64,000 nucleotides of DNA, from the IMG/VR virus record IMGVR_UViG_3300032288_000917; one strand, written 5' to 3'. The notes beneath the pieces were generated by a model. It saw only the letters and a list, made by a program, of their open reading frames with translations, made no database searches and had not been told where the DNA came from. The position numbers and the translations under genes were made by a program. Of the stretch, positions 46,213-55,963 are shown in pieces. Every line of letters begins with the position of its first letter. Position 1 is the stretch's first letter. The stretch is from an uncultured virus (IMG/VR IMGVR_UViG_3300032288_000917) (Duplodnaviria > Heunggongvirae > Uroviricota > Caudoviricetes).

Positions 46213-46366
46213 TTAATTTAAACTTTTTTACTTGCTTCCTTGCTTTGTTTTTTAATTGAGGGATTTGTGGAAGTTCTATTTGAATATTACCATCCTCATA
46301 GAGTTCATCCTCTTCTTCTGGGTCACCCTCTACCCATCCTTTAGTGTTTGGCTTCTTGTTTTTCAT
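46145..46366 (-). CDS. small hypothetical protein with acidic and basic patches
   Basis: ATG ORF bridging the phosphoesterase and ring genes, overlapping both. Confidence 0.45.
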   Translation of the reverse strand: MKNKKPNTKGWVEGDPEEEDELYEDGNIQIELPQIPQLKNKARKQVKKFKLNGNSEGTDLRSKKHSKGRTYYR

Positions 46367-47441
46367 GGATATTGACTTGAAAATAACCTTCTAGACCATA
46401 TTCCTTGTTCCATATGTAAGCCTGTGCTGCACGAAGATGGCTGTAGCCCATCATTTTATGCCAATCATCTGTAGGACAAATGCTAGGTAAGAACCTAGTC
46501 TTTACACCACAGTATTCGTTCAGCATCTCCTTATGAAAGTGACCAAGGTGAGCTTCCCTAAACTTTGTTTGAGCAAACATCTCAGGTTGTTCAGTAGCCA
46601 TTATAAGAGGTAAAGTAGCAGTCTTTTCTTTGTCCCCGTGCGTGAACATTAACATATTTACTCCATACTGATAATACTTTCTGTAATCTCCTGAGTTATT
46701 TACTTTGACATTATTATTAGAACGGAAAAATGCTCCAAGCACTTCTCCTATATAAAACATACGTTCCATGTCATGGTTACCAGGGACTATCATTACATCA
46801 ACTGGATACTTGTCACTAAGTACTTTAACTACTGCAGCAATAGTAGTCCAGTAATGTCTAAAAGATTCCTGCCAATCTACAGAATCTTCTTGTGGTGTTC
46901 CACCTGTAGTGGTCTTCCTCTTACCCTCTGAGTTTAACCCATCATTCCCAATGGGTAAGAGTATCTTATCCACTCCAAACTTTTCAGCTTTTTCAAGTAG
47001 AACAAAGACTGTATTTATAAAGTTTGTTACAGTAGTGTCTATATCTCCTTTACCAAAGTGTGCGTCAGGTAAACTTATTTCCAAACATACTTCACCTGGT
47101 TTAGAAGATTTAGATTTTACAGGAGTAGATAATGCCCCAAGCATAGTCAAGTCTTTAAGAAATCCTTCTTTAAACTTGTCCCACTTTTCTAACCAATCTA
47201 CTTCAAACTGTAAAGACTCTCGCCAAGAGCCATCATGTAACTGCCAAACTTTACCTTTTGTAAAAACTCCTTTGTAACCTTCAGGGGTTTCAACTTGTTG
47301 ACTTTCAGTAGAATTATCCTCAAGTCTTCTTTTAACCCCTCTGGCACGATCAAAGGAAACACCAAAATGCTGAGCTACATCCCGTGTAGAAGCATGAGGG
47401 TTTTCCCTTATATACTGCCTTATTTGGTCGTTTTGTATCAT
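46341..47441 (-). CDS. calcineurin-like metallophosphoesterase with N-terminal HTH
   Basis: DAHFG, GND, GNHD, HGD and GHFH metal-binding motifs; STRDVAQHFGVS HTH. Confidence 0.85.
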   Translation of the reverse strand: MIQNDQIRQYIRENPHASTRDVAQHFGVSFDRARGVKRRLEDNSTESQQVETPEGYKGVFTKGKVWQLHDGSWRESLQFEVDWLEKWDKFKEGFLKDLTMLGALSTPVKSKSSKPGEVCLEISLPDAHFGKGDIDTTVTNFINTVFVLLEKAEKFGVDKILLPIGNDGLNSEGKRKTTTGGTPQEDSVDWQESFRHYWTTIAAVVKVLSDKYPVDVMIVPGNHDMERMFYIGEVLGAFFRSNNNVKVNNSGDYRKYYQYGVNMLMFTHGDKEKTATLPLIMATEQPEMFAQTKFREAHLGHFHKEMLNEYCGVKTRFLPSICPTDDWHKMMGYSHLRAAQAYIWNKEYGLEGYFQVNIHEKQEAKH

Positions 47442-47454
47442 TAAAGTTTTTTTT

Positions 47455-47462
47455 CAAATATA
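47455..47462 (-). promoter_or_regulatory. Bacteroidota-type -7 promoter box
   Basis: TATATTTG (TAnnTTTG) on the minus strand, 13 nt upstream of the phosphoesterase ATG, in one of the few intergenic gaps. Confidence 0.5.
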
Positions 47463-47515
47463 AAAAGAATTTCGTATATTATAGCCCGTTCTGTAAATTA
47501 TTGTTTTTCAGGCTA

Positions 47516-47671
47516 TTAAAATTTCTTTCTATTTGAAACTTTTGAGAAGAAGTCCATAATAGCTACTCTTACACTATCAATAGTGACTTTAAGAGTCTCT
47601 AAGTAACTAAGGTTCAGGACTATCTTCAGGATTGTCCACACGAGTAGGATAGATATAATTGTCTTCATCAT
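47516..47671 (-). CDS. small membrane protein (51 aa), not in the ORF track
   Basis: hand translation MMKTIISILLVWTILKIVLNLSYLETLKVTIDSVRVAIMDFFSKVSNRKKF*; hydrophobic N-terminus and basic C-terminus; fills the gap after the lysis genes. Confidence 0.55.
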   Translation of the reverse strand: MMKTIISILLVWTILKIVLNLSYLETLKVTIDSVRVAIMDFFSKVSNRKKF

Positions 47672-47999
47672 AGCTTGAATACATTGACTTTTGGTTAAAT
47701 CTTCCCCTGACTATCTGTACTAGATTCTCGGCTGTCAGGAACCCCAGTCCAAGAAGCACTATTACACTGAATATTACCAGTAGTTCTACCTGTATGGTTT
47801 GTGTAGTATACAGATGATCTACAAAAGCTGTTACTAAAAGAATGAAGGCTATAAAGACGGTAAGCTTCCTTGCAGAAGCCTTACCTCTATACTCAAAGGA
47901 TTGTCTGAACCACTCCAAGATTATGAGAAATACAGAGTTGCTTCTGCCTGTCTCCTTGTTATCAGACCCTTGATTACTTTGCCCCCTGCTCTTACCCAT
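47607..47999 (-). CDS. holin-like membrane protein (2 TM)
   Basis: SARKLTVFIAFILLVTAFV and LLVIFSVIVLLGLGFL hydrophobic helices; directly downstream of the endolysin. Confidence 0.6.
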   Translation of the reverse strand: MGKSRGQSNQGSDNKETGRSNSVFLIILEWFRQSFEYRGKASARKLTVFIAFILLVTAFVDHLYTTQTIQVELLVIFSVIVLLGLGFLTAENLVQIVRGRFNQKSMYSSYDEDNYIYPTRVDNPEDSPEP

Positions 48000-48367
48000 C
48001 TCATAAATTGCTTTTCAATATCTGGATCATTAGGATTAGCATTAATTCTTTTGAGTAATGTAGAGTTCTTATAGTTTACAAGACCCACATTATACGCAAA
48101 GCTTACTAAAGCATCAAATTGATTCTGATTCACATGGTCCTTAGTCATAGCATCTACGCCACGTTCATAATGTACCATGTTTCTTCTTAAAAGTTCTTCG
48201 GCCCATTCTTCACTTATTGACCTGTCGGTAAGTTTTACTTTTACTCCATTTTCGTAATAAGTAGAACCATATCCTATAGTAGGCACTCCTGCGGGGCATA
48301 AGTATGGCTTAGCTCTGAATCCCTCAAAGCGCTTTATTAGATCCAGACCTTTTTGACTTATTTGCAT
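47921..48367 (-). CDS. endolysin, GH24 phage lysozyme
   Basis: IKRFEG...PY.CPAG.PTIGYG, NQNQFDALVSFAYNVG and GL..RR..E motifs. Confidence 0.95.
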   Translation of the reverse strand: MQISQKGLDLIKRFEGFRAKPYLCPAGVPTIGYGSTYYENGVKVKLTDRSISEEWAEELLRRNMVHYERGVDAMTKDHVNQNQFDALVSFAYNVGLVNYKNSTLLKRINANPNDPDIEKQFMRWVRAGGKVIKGLITRRQAEATLYFS

Positions 48368-48566
48368 AACATTTACATTTCTTTACTATCCATTTCTGAA
48401 TAGTATTACCAGTAAGAGTGTCTATAGCTACTACAACTGTAAAGAAATAAGCAGAACCTTGTAAAAAGGTTACTACGCTTATAGCTTCAAAAAACTTGGC
48501 TATACCAAGTAACATAAGACTAAGAATTGTACCCTGGACACTTTGAGTGTCAATTGCTGTAGACAT
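48324..48566 (-). CDS. small membrane protein, putative holin
   Basis: likely start MSTAIDTQ (ATG at 48566); two hydrophobic segments and a basic C-terminus; directly upstream of the endolysin. Confidence 0.55.
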   Translation of the reverse strand: MSTAIDTQSVQGTILSLMLLGIAKFFEAISVVTFLQGSAYFFTVVVAIDTLTGNTIQKWIVKKCKCYANKSKRSGSNKAL

Positions 48567-48595
48567 AGTGTGTTTAAGTGTTTTTAATGTTAGTT

Positions 48596-48910
48596 TCAAA
48601 TTATATCTTTTTTGATTGCCGCAGGGTCTGTGCAACATCCGCAGAGGTCACACAACTCAAACACTTCTTCTATGATATTTTCTATTTGTGATGCGCTAAG
48701 GCAAGGCTCAGTATCTAATAAAAGGTAAACTGTTTCATAGTACCTATTCAGTACATGTAACAATGCTTGTATATATCGAACATTCTTAAATGCTTTTACA
48801 GCATCAGACTTTAAAAACATCTCTTGTTTTAAAGCTTTATACGCCATATCAGCAGCACAACATTGTGCTCTTACTATAACATCTAAGAAATTCTCTTGAG
48901 TCCTTGCCAT
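48596..48910 (-). CDS. Cys-rich small tail-associated protein
   Basis: 104 aa with CC, C and CDLCGCC; TAATG-coupled to the tail spike gene. Confidence 0.6.
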   Translation of the reverse strand: MARTQENFLDVIVRAQCCAADMAYKALKQEMFLKSDAVKAFKNVRYIQALLHVLNRYYETVYLLLDTEPCLSASQIENIIEEVFELCDLCGCCTDPAAIKKDII

Positions 48911-51900
48911 TATTGATTGATTATTTTGCTAATAACTCTAATGAAAGATCCTTGACGCATTAAGACTAATTCATCATATACATCAAACTCTAGATAACCA
49001 CCAAGAGGAGTATTATTATAAGCAGTAATAGTATAAGTTGTAGCAGCAGAATCTCTGACAATACTAGGTACAGTAGTAGCAGGAGTTGTAACTGAAACTA
49101 AGTTAAACTGTACAGTAGTTCCAGGAGATGTTATAAATCTTACTGGAATATTGTCAGGCATATCTCTGATCTGATCAATTTGTACTGTAGCTGCAGCACC
49201 CCAACTTCCTAATAATACTGTATGTCCTATCGTATCAAAGAAATGCGGTATAGTTAAAATTCTAGTTGCAGGGTCATAAAACCTATCTGCTGCTGAAGGT
49301 GCTCCAAGATTCCAATTTTTAAATTGATATAAGAATCTTGATCCGCCAGTAGGAGTAGGAGGAGGAGTAGCAGAAGAATTATTTATAGATATTCTAACTA
49401 TTGGCCCTGCAACAGCAGGATCTATAATACTGTCTTGAATAGTAGTATAAGGATTAAATCTATAAGAGTTTGGCCACCAATTTGAATCAACATATCCTTG
49501 AGGATCATTACTATCTGAATAAGGAGTTACAATACCAGCGCCTGGTGGAGGAGCACCTGTAGAGTCATTAACACTATTAGAAGGATGTAATAAGTATCCT
49601 ATGTTAAGTTGATATAATGGACCTCCTTGTGAAACTTCTACTCTAAAAGTGTATTCATCAACAATACTCATTACTGTAGCAAAGCATAGAAACCCTATAA
49701 AATAAGGATAAGGCTCTGAAGCAGAAATAGTTTTATAAATACCATTTGGGTAAGGAATTCCTGTACTTTCATCCCCATCAGTAACAATACGCATAGTATT
49801 GAATCCTCTAAAGCCTAAAGTAAAAAGATTTCCAATTAATGCGTCAGTAAATAAATGAGGAGCTTGTGTAGTAACATCTAATGTATAAATAGCTCTTGTA
49901 TAAGTGGTAGTTCCAATAGTTACAGGAATTGGAGTACTACTAACTACTGCTATATTTCTAATTATATTAGCTTTAGATAATGTTAATCCTGGTAATACTT
50001 GTCTGTATATACTAGATTTAGTAACTCCTGAAATCTTTTGGTCTCTTATTGTAAATGACCTAAGATTGTCTGTAAAACGTAACTGCTTAGTTTCAGTAGT
50101 TGGTACCCAAGTTAAAGAATCTAAACCTGCATTTACACCTTCAAATAACATATACTGCAGTGTACCACTAGCATTAACAGTGACACTAGTAAGTCCTGCA
50201 CAAATGCTAGGACCATATACTATATCACCAGGAACAGAAGTACCTTTGAAATTACAGTATTGTATAAACCCTCCTGTTTGTATTATACATTGACTAATTA
50301 TGTTAGTAGCTGCTGTGTAATTATCACTAAATATTCCTATGAAACTATTTTGTCTTACTAAAATAGAATTTCTATTATTAACACTTTTAAGCGCAGATCC
50401 ATTCCATGTTAATGGAAAATCTTTACCGCTACCATCAAAAACATTCTTAGCAAAAGTTCCTATAAATCCTCCGTTAACTATACCTCCTGTAGCAGTTTGA
50501 TCATGATTAGCTGAAAAAGAAGTATAAGAAATAGTATTATTATAAAATGGATTGTGGAGTTTATTTTCTGAGAAAATAGAATTTGTAAATCTATTGTCTG
50601 CAATGTAAGCTCCTTGATATTCAGCTCCTGGAGCATTATACGCAAATCCTGGAAAAGCTGCATTTAAAGGAGTATGAGTTACATAATTTTCAAAGAAAGA
50701 GTAATCTAGAATATTATTAGTAAATGTAGTATTCATACCAGAAACAGTAGCAGCACTTACTGTTTTATTAATTCCTCTGAATACACTTCTAGATATAGTA
50801 TTGTTTTTAAAAGTAGTTATAGAAGTTCCTATAGAAGGATAATAGAATCTACATGTAATGACTTGATTAATTTGAGAAGGTACTGTAGGATCAGCAATTG
50901 TAAAGCTAGTTAGGCTAGGAGTAGTTGCTACTACATGTACTGTATTTAAAATATTAGCAGGACTAGTAGCAATAAATTGAATATAATCACCTACTGCTGC
51001 TCCTGTAGTACTGTTAGGACCAAATAATTCTACTAACACACTAGGTCCTGCTAGAGTAATATCACTAGAAGCATCACCTGCAGCAGTCCATGTTTTACAT
51101 CCAAAATTATAGATGATGGCATTATTAGGTAATTTAGTAAAATCTAGCTCATCTAATAAGCTTTCAATACCTGCACCAGCTGTGTTTGTATAAAAAATAT
51201 CACCAAGAACAGAATGATCTGTTATAGTGTTATTAAAGAAAGATGTAGAAGCAAAGTTATTTAGAACTGAGTGAGAGATAATATTATTATAGTATCTATA
51301 TGATGTAGAAGCTCCAACGCCATTAGATGTAATATTACTTACTACAGCATTATTTAAAGTATTTCCATAGAACTGCCCTTGGCTATTCATGTACATATGG
51401 AAAAACCTAGTACCTACTTTTAGAGTAAAGTCACTAGAAGGATTAAAATTAGTATCTACTTTATTATCCTTAAAATTTCTTACGTTTCCATAATTCATTA
51501 ACTGTCCTGTATTAATAAAAGTAGGACTACGTTGAATATCTGAAATACTTCTTTTACTAGTATCATCAGCTAGGTTAATCGTATTACCATTAATAGTAGA
51601 TACTCCCCAGCGGAATACTTTTCTAATAAACTCGTTACTTGTAGAAGAGCTTATTACTTTTAATGTATTATTTTTATTATCCCACCTTTCACGAATAGCA
51701 GGATAACCACTATTAGCTAAATTGACTATATCAATGTAGCAACCTTGAATTTCTGTAATATAATGAGTAGTATTGTCACGAGGTACCCAATCCCAACTTA
51801 CAAGTGCATCAGCAGGTTCTGCATTAGCAACTAAAGGCCCTCCTGAAACATTTGTAAATACTTGATTATAACTAGCTACAGGTGCACTTGCAGCATAACT

Positions 51901-52644
51901 AGTACCAGGCATAAACCATTGCGTAGTAAGAGGATTAGGCACTCTTGCAATGTAAATACCATTAGGATCTACTGTATTGTTTGAAATTGCTCTTACAATA
52001 ATTCCTGTATTGTGTGGATATGCAGCAAAAGCAACAGGGTTAGCAAAGTTAGCATAGTACGCAGGACTACATTCTGCTTGATATATACTTCCTACTGTAC
52101 CATTACCTTCTCCATCTCCAATATCTACAATCCAATAACTTGCACCAGGTGTAAGGTTATTCCCTGCAGCTAAAGCTTGAAATGAAGTAAAATGAGTTTT
52201 AACTAAACCTGCTGTAACAATTTCTACAGTAGCATAGTTACCACCATTATCTGTAACTGTAACTCCAGTAAGACCTGAGCCTTGGAAGTTTACCGTATTA
52301 AAAGGTCCTCCTGCTACTGCTACTCCATCATCTTCTAGGTTTATACCTGATAAAGTAACTCCTGTAAGAGGTACCCAATATCCATCAAAGTCTGCAAGTA
52401 CAGGAGGAGACAGAGGTACATTACTTGTAATTACAGCAAACCAGTCTGATGTAGCTGTAGGATAATCTAATTGAAAACCTACTGTAGCTTGACTAGGATT
52501 ACCTGAAGAAGGTCCATTACCTCCATCTATTACAGTCTCTGCAAAAGCTACATAAATATAGGCAGAAGCTCCTGCAGGACCAGGAATAGGAGTAGCTACA
52601 TTATATATAGGAGAATCTCCGCAGCAATTATTTAAGTTGCTCAT
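48910..52644 (-). CDS. tail spike / fibre with probable beta-helix
   Basis: 1244 aa; Asn-rich FxNNxI repeats (FKDNKV, FYGNTL, YYNNII, FFNNTI, FKNNTI, FTNNIL); GPAGASAY..AFA N-terminal segment. Confidence 0.7.
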   Translation of the reverse strand: MSNLNNCCGDSPIYNVATPIPGPAGASAYIYVAFAETVIDGGNGPSSGNPSQATVGFQLDYPTATSDWFAVITSNVPLSPPVLADFDGYWVPLTGVTLSGINLEDDGVAVAGGPFNTVNFQGSGLTGVTVTDNGGNYATVEIVTAGLVKTHFTSFQALAAGNNLTPGASYWIVDIGDGEGNGTVGSIYQAECSPAYYANFANPVAFAAYPHNTGIIVRAISNNTVDPNGIYIARVPNPLTTQWFMPGTSYAASAPVASYNQVFTNVSGGPLVANAEPADALVSWDWVPRDNTTHYITEIQGCYIDIVNLANSGYPAIRERWDNKNNTLKVISSSTSNEFIRKVFRWGVSTINGNTINLADDTSKRSISDIQRSPTFINTGQLMNYGNVRNFKDNKVDTNFNPSSDFTLKVGTRFFHMYMNSQGQFYGNTLNNAVVSNITSNGVGASTSYRYYNNIISHSVLNNFASTSFFNNTITDHSVLGDIFYTNTAGAGIESLLDELDFTKLPNNAIIYNFGCKTWTAAGDASSDITLAGPSVLVELFGPNSTTGAAVGDYIQFIATSPANILNTVHVVATTPSLTSFTIADPTVPSQINQVITCRFYYPSIGTSITTFKNNTISRSVFRGINKTVSAATVSGMNTTFTNNILDYSFFENYVTHTPLNAAFPGFAYNAPGAEYQGAYIADNRFTNSIFSENKLHNPFYNNTISYTSFSANHDQTATGGIVNGGFIGTFAKNVFDGSGKDFPLTWNGSALKSVNNRNSILVRQNSFIGIFSDNYTAATNIISQCIIQTGGFIQYCNFKGTSVPGDIVYGPSICAGLTSVTVNASGTLQYMLFEGVNAGLDSLTWVPTTETKQLRFTDNLRSFTIRDQKISGVTKSSIYRQVLPGLTLSKANIIRNIAVVSSTPIPVTIGTTTYTRAIYTLDVTTQAPHLFTDALIGNLFTLGFRGFNTMRIVTDGDESTGIPYPNGIYKTISASEPYPYFIGFLCFATVMSIVDEYTFRVEVSQGGPLYQLNIGYLLHPSNSVNDSTGAPPPGAGIVTPYSDSNDPQGYVDSNWWPNSYRFNPYTTIQDSIIDPAVAGPIVRISINNSSATPPPTPTGGSRFLYQFKNWNLGAPSAADRFYDPATRILTIPHFFDTIGHTVLLGSWGAAATVQIDQIRDMPDNIPVRFITSPGTTVQFNLVSVTTPATTVPSIVRDSAATTYTITAYNNTPLGGYLEFDVYDELVLMRQGSFIRVISKIINQ

Positions 52645-53285
52645 TAGCAGTTAAGGCAGTTTTTAGTGTTACAAATCCATTGAGCTTTGGCAAGATTCTT
52701 CTTAGCCATTTCTATTTTGCCGCATGCTGCAGCATATTCAGCAGACTTAAGAAAAGCTTCTGCTTCAAGAGCACTACTAAGTTTTTCATTCTTACAATCT
52801 GTACAATCAGACTGAGAAGCAAGATGAAACATTTTATCAATGCAGCATCTTGTCTGGCAAGTAAGAAGGAAGTTTTGTGTCACACTATTAGTAAATAATG
52901 TGACGCCTGGATTAAGATAATCTCCAGATACTGTATAATATACTACATATATACCATCAGCAAATGCAGAGCCTACAGTAGGACTATTTAATGTGATGCC
53001 TCCAACTTGATTAGTAAACTCAAGTTCTTCTAGACCTGTAGGATCAGGCCAGTTAGGAGGAGAATTAAAACTATATGTAATTCCAGCAGGGTTAGTAATT
53101 TGTACTAATACCTGATCTGTAGCATCACTAGGTTGAGGATTAGGGCCTCCTGGTGCATTTGCCCATCCACCTGTGTTAAGTACAGGATCATATTCTCCAG
53201 TAGTTTCAGTTAACTTAAGAACTTTACAATTACTTGTTTGACACAAGTGAATTCCTAATACTAGGGGGCTAGGAGGATTTGGCAT
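52644..53285 (-). CDS. Cys-rich structural protein (tail hub/adaptor-like)
   Basis: 213 aa; TG.Y....NTGGW and DGIY.V.Y segments; multiple Cys clusters; structural module context. Confidence 0.55.
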   Translation of the reverse strand: MPNPPSPLVLGIHLCQTSNCKVLKLTETTGEYDPVLNTGGWANAPGGPNPQPSDATDQVLVQITNPAGITYSFNSPPNWPDPTGLEELEFTNQVGGITLNSPTVGSAFADGIYVVYYTVSGDYLNPGVTLFTNSVTQNFLLTCQTRCCIDKMFHLASQSDCTDCKNEKLSSALEAEAFLKSAEYAAACGKIEMAKKNLAKAQWICNTKNCLNC

Positions 53286-53316
53286 TTATTAGAGTTTATT
53301 AGTTATACTTTTTAAG

Positions 53317-53344
53317 AAAAGGGGTGAGGAAATCCCCACCCCTC
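53317..53344 (-). terminator. intrinsic terminator after the capsid gene block
   Basis: aggggtg-a-gga / tcc-c-cacccct stem; U-tract on the minus strand (aaaa at 53317-53320). Confidence 0.7.
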
Positions 53345-53386
53345 TCTTTCAAACAATCAATTACAAAAAATTAGAACACCAAAAGA

Positions 53387-54766
53387 TTAAGCAAAAGTTA
53401 CGTTTGCAAAGCTACCTACTTTAGGCTGAGCCATAAATGCGTTAAGAGCATCAGCAATATCAGTACCTGCACCACTGTTTTGACCTGAACCATTAGTACT
53501 AAAGATCTTAATCAGCTGACGCATCTTAGGACTAGTAGTAACAGTCTGATAATTCTGAGAACCAAAGCCAATCTCAATGCAGTTGTAAAGGTTAGCAGCA
53601 CCTCCAGGAGTAGAAGTAACTACTAAATCTCCACATGCCACACCATTGATAGTCAAAGCAGCAGTACCAGTAGTAGCAGAAGCTTGGAAAAACTCATTAG
53701 CCAAGGGCAGAGGAACAGTCATGCGATTGAGTGCTCCTTCAAATCCTTTGCTGAATGATTCTTCTTCAAGTACCAAACGGCCATCTCCAACACCATACAA
53801 GGGGTTTTGAGTCTTGTAAAGTTGAGTAGCACCAAAGCCACTCATTTGAAGAGTAAAGCTTACACGCTTAAACTTGAAGAAATCACGACGGAAAGGAAGA
53901 GCCTTACCAACAAATCTTACTCCATAAGCTGCACCAGGAGTACCAATGTATCCAGCATCTGCTACAGGAAGAACTCCATTAGAAGGACCTGCATAAGGTT
54001 GGTCAAGAATCCAACCATTAGTAATAGTAGGATGAGCCTCTTTTACAGTATACACAGGTATACCCACACCTACTGCAGAACCAGCAATACCTAAACGAAT
54101 CAAACTACCTGCACCAAAACCTACGTTAGTAATAGCAGCATTAGCTACAATTACAGGTGAACCGTGAGTTACTGCTACAGTAGCAGCTCCTGTAAAAATA
54201 GCAGCAGTTCCATTATTTACCATAACTGCAGTAAGAGCAGAACCATCAGTAAGGTACTTCTTCATCTGAAGTTGTACAATCTGCTTAGCAAGATCAAGTT
54301 GAGTATTAACTACGTTGTTAGTAACATAGATAACATTCTTCTTCTTTTGCTCAGACCACTGCATGTCATCCTGATTCTCAATTACAGTTAATTGGAAGTC
54401 AAGACCAGCAGAAATATCTAAAGATCCAGCAGGAACAGTAAGAGTAGGATTATAACCAATATGATAAACTTGCTCTTGTCCTTGTGAACCAGCAGTAGCT
54501 GCATAAGACATTACTCCATTGTAAGGAATCTTAGCAGACCAAGTTAAAGTACCATTGTTATTTTCTACAATTTGGATATACTGTGAAGTATTATAAGTAG
54601 GAGCAGATGTCCCATCTACTACACCGCCTTGATCATTTACTACTACAATTTCACCATCAGTGATATAACCAGCAGCATTAGGATTCAAGACTTGGGTTGC
54701 TGTACGAGCTTTGCCTACAGCACCTACAAAAGTTTCTTGTAGGTTTTGAACACTAAGTACACTCAT
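53387..54766 (-). CDS. putative auxiliary capsid / decoration protein
   Basis: 459 aa, beta-rich, codon usage similar to the capsid gene, last gene before the terminator; G.G..V..EE..S.G..G...R motif. Confidence 0.55.
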   Translation of the reverse strand: MSVLSVQNLQETFVGAVGKARTATQVLNPNAAGYITDGEIVVVNDQGGVVDGTSAPTYNTSQYIQIVENNNGTLTWSAKIPYNGVMSYAATAGSQGQEQVYHIGYNPTLTVPAGSLDISAGLDFQLTVIENQDDMQWSEQKKKNVIYVTNNVVNTQLDLAKQIVQLQMKKYLTDGSALTAVMVNNGTAAIFTGAATVAVTHGSPVIVANAAITNVGFGAGSLIRLGIAGSAVGVGIPVYTVKEAHPTITNGWILDQPYAGPSNGVLPVADAGYIGTPGAAYGVRFVGKALPFRRDFFKFKRVSFTLQMSGFGATQLYKTQNPLYGVGDGRLVLEEESFSKGFEGALNRMTVPLPLANEFFQASATTGTAALTINGVACGDLVVTSTPGGAANLYNCIEIGFGSQNYQTVTTSPKMRQLIKIFSTNGSGQNSGAGTDIADALNAFMAQPKVGSFANVTFA

Positions 54767-54799
54767 TTTATTTAGTTTTAAAGGTTAATTAAAAAGGAA

Positions 54800-55252
54800 T
54801 TAAAGGATAATAAATTTAATTTTTACGGTAGGAATTCCTGTTAAGACTACTCCATTTACCAGTGTTATAACAAAAGATCCTGTAGAAGGCACAACACTTG
54901 CAATATAAACTGCACCTGTTCCTACATTAGCATCTGTAATTACAGCTAAAACAGTACTATTTGCAGTACAATAAGAATTTGTTACTGTGATAGTTTGTTT
55001 AAGAGCAGCTGTAACAGTTAACGTAGTACTAGTAATAGTACCACTAATAGCATTTAGTGTAGCTGTAGCAGCGTTAGCTGCAAATGCTGAAGTAGTAACT
55101 GCATTTGCAGTAGTATTAACATCTGAACGCTGATTAACCCATTCAATAATAGGATTAATATCAGACGCACGTCCCTGTTGGTTATTACCAATAGGTCTTT
55201 TGCCTTGGGCTACACGCCCAGAATAAATTTTGATTTTATTTAAGAGTGGCAT
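54800..55252 (-). CDS. small Thr/Ala/Val-rich structural protein (head fibre/decoration-like)
   Basis: 150 aa; TLNAISGTIT and ITVTNS.CTANS.V patterns; within the capsid block. Confidence 0.5.
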   Translation of the reverse strand: MPLLNKIKIYSGRVAQGKRPIGNNQQGRASDINPIIEWVNQRSDVNTTANAVTTSAFAANAATATLNAISGTITSTTLTVTAALKQTITVTNSYCTANSTVLAVITDANVGTGAVYIASVVPSTGSFVITLVNGVVLTGIPTVKIKFIIL

Positions 55253-55255
55253 GGT

Positions 55256-55963
55256 TTAAATTGTTTTAATCAGTTTATCAAGTTGTTCTAATTGAAGCCT
55301 TGGATCATTCATAGTTCTAAGAGCTAACTCTACTGCTATTTCTATAATCTTAGTGGCAGCTTTAGATTCTAGTTCACAATCTACATTAGGAACTGGAACA
55401 GAGTATTGCGTACCGTAAGTAATCTTAGCAGGCTCTCTTAGATAATCTAAAAAGTAAAAGTTTATAACACTGCCTGGAAAACTGATTAATTCAAATCTGT
55501 TACTATCCGAAACAAGTCTTATAATTTCTTCCTTCCAAGGTTTCTTAAAAGGGTTATTAACTACTTTATTATATTCATCCCTAGTCATTGGAATAACTGG
55601 AACTCTTGCTGTAACACTTGCCCCACACTCTGTGTAAGTTATACTTGCTTCTTCAAGCAAGGCTAATCTGTACAATTGGCTTGGACTAACATTAGGAAGA
55701 TCTACATATCTTCCATTTGGTTTGTTAGTAGCAGCAACTGGTAAAGGAGCAACTGAATATACTGTAGTTATGTTCTTCAGATAATCCAGCCACTCCTGTG
55801 ATTTTTCCAGTCCCTGTTCAGTAAGTATTTTAATGAACTGATATTGTGCGTTGTTTAGATAAAGATCAACCTCTTCTGGTGTGACTTCAGGCGCAGAGAA
55901 ATTACTTTGCTTGTCATACCAATGAAGGAACTGTTGATGCATATCTGCAACGGGTAGTATCAT
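55256..55963 (-). CDS. head-tail connector / ring protein
   Basis: MH..F...YDK, EEVDLYLN.AQ, YLREP and I.EIAVELA motifs; two genes downstream of the major capsid gene, as in crAss-like phages. Confidence 0.65.
   Translation of the reverse strand: MILPVADMHQQFLHWYDKQSNFSAPEVTPEEVDLYLNNAQYQFIKILTEQGLEKSQEWLDYLKNITTVYSVAPLPVAATNKPNGRYVDLPNVSPSQLYRLALLEEASITYTECGASVTARVPVIPMTRDEYNKVVNNPFKKPWKEEIIRLVSDSNRFELISFPGSVINFYFLDYLREPAKITYGTQYSVPVPNVDCELESKAATKIIEIAVELALRTMNDPRLQLEQLDKLIKTI

Noticed and set aside
48567..48638. Extended N-terminus (MLHRPCG...) of the putative holin in the ORF track
   Set aside because: It overlaps the upstream gene and starts at a non-ATG codon; the ATG at 48566 with an A-rich leader is more plausible
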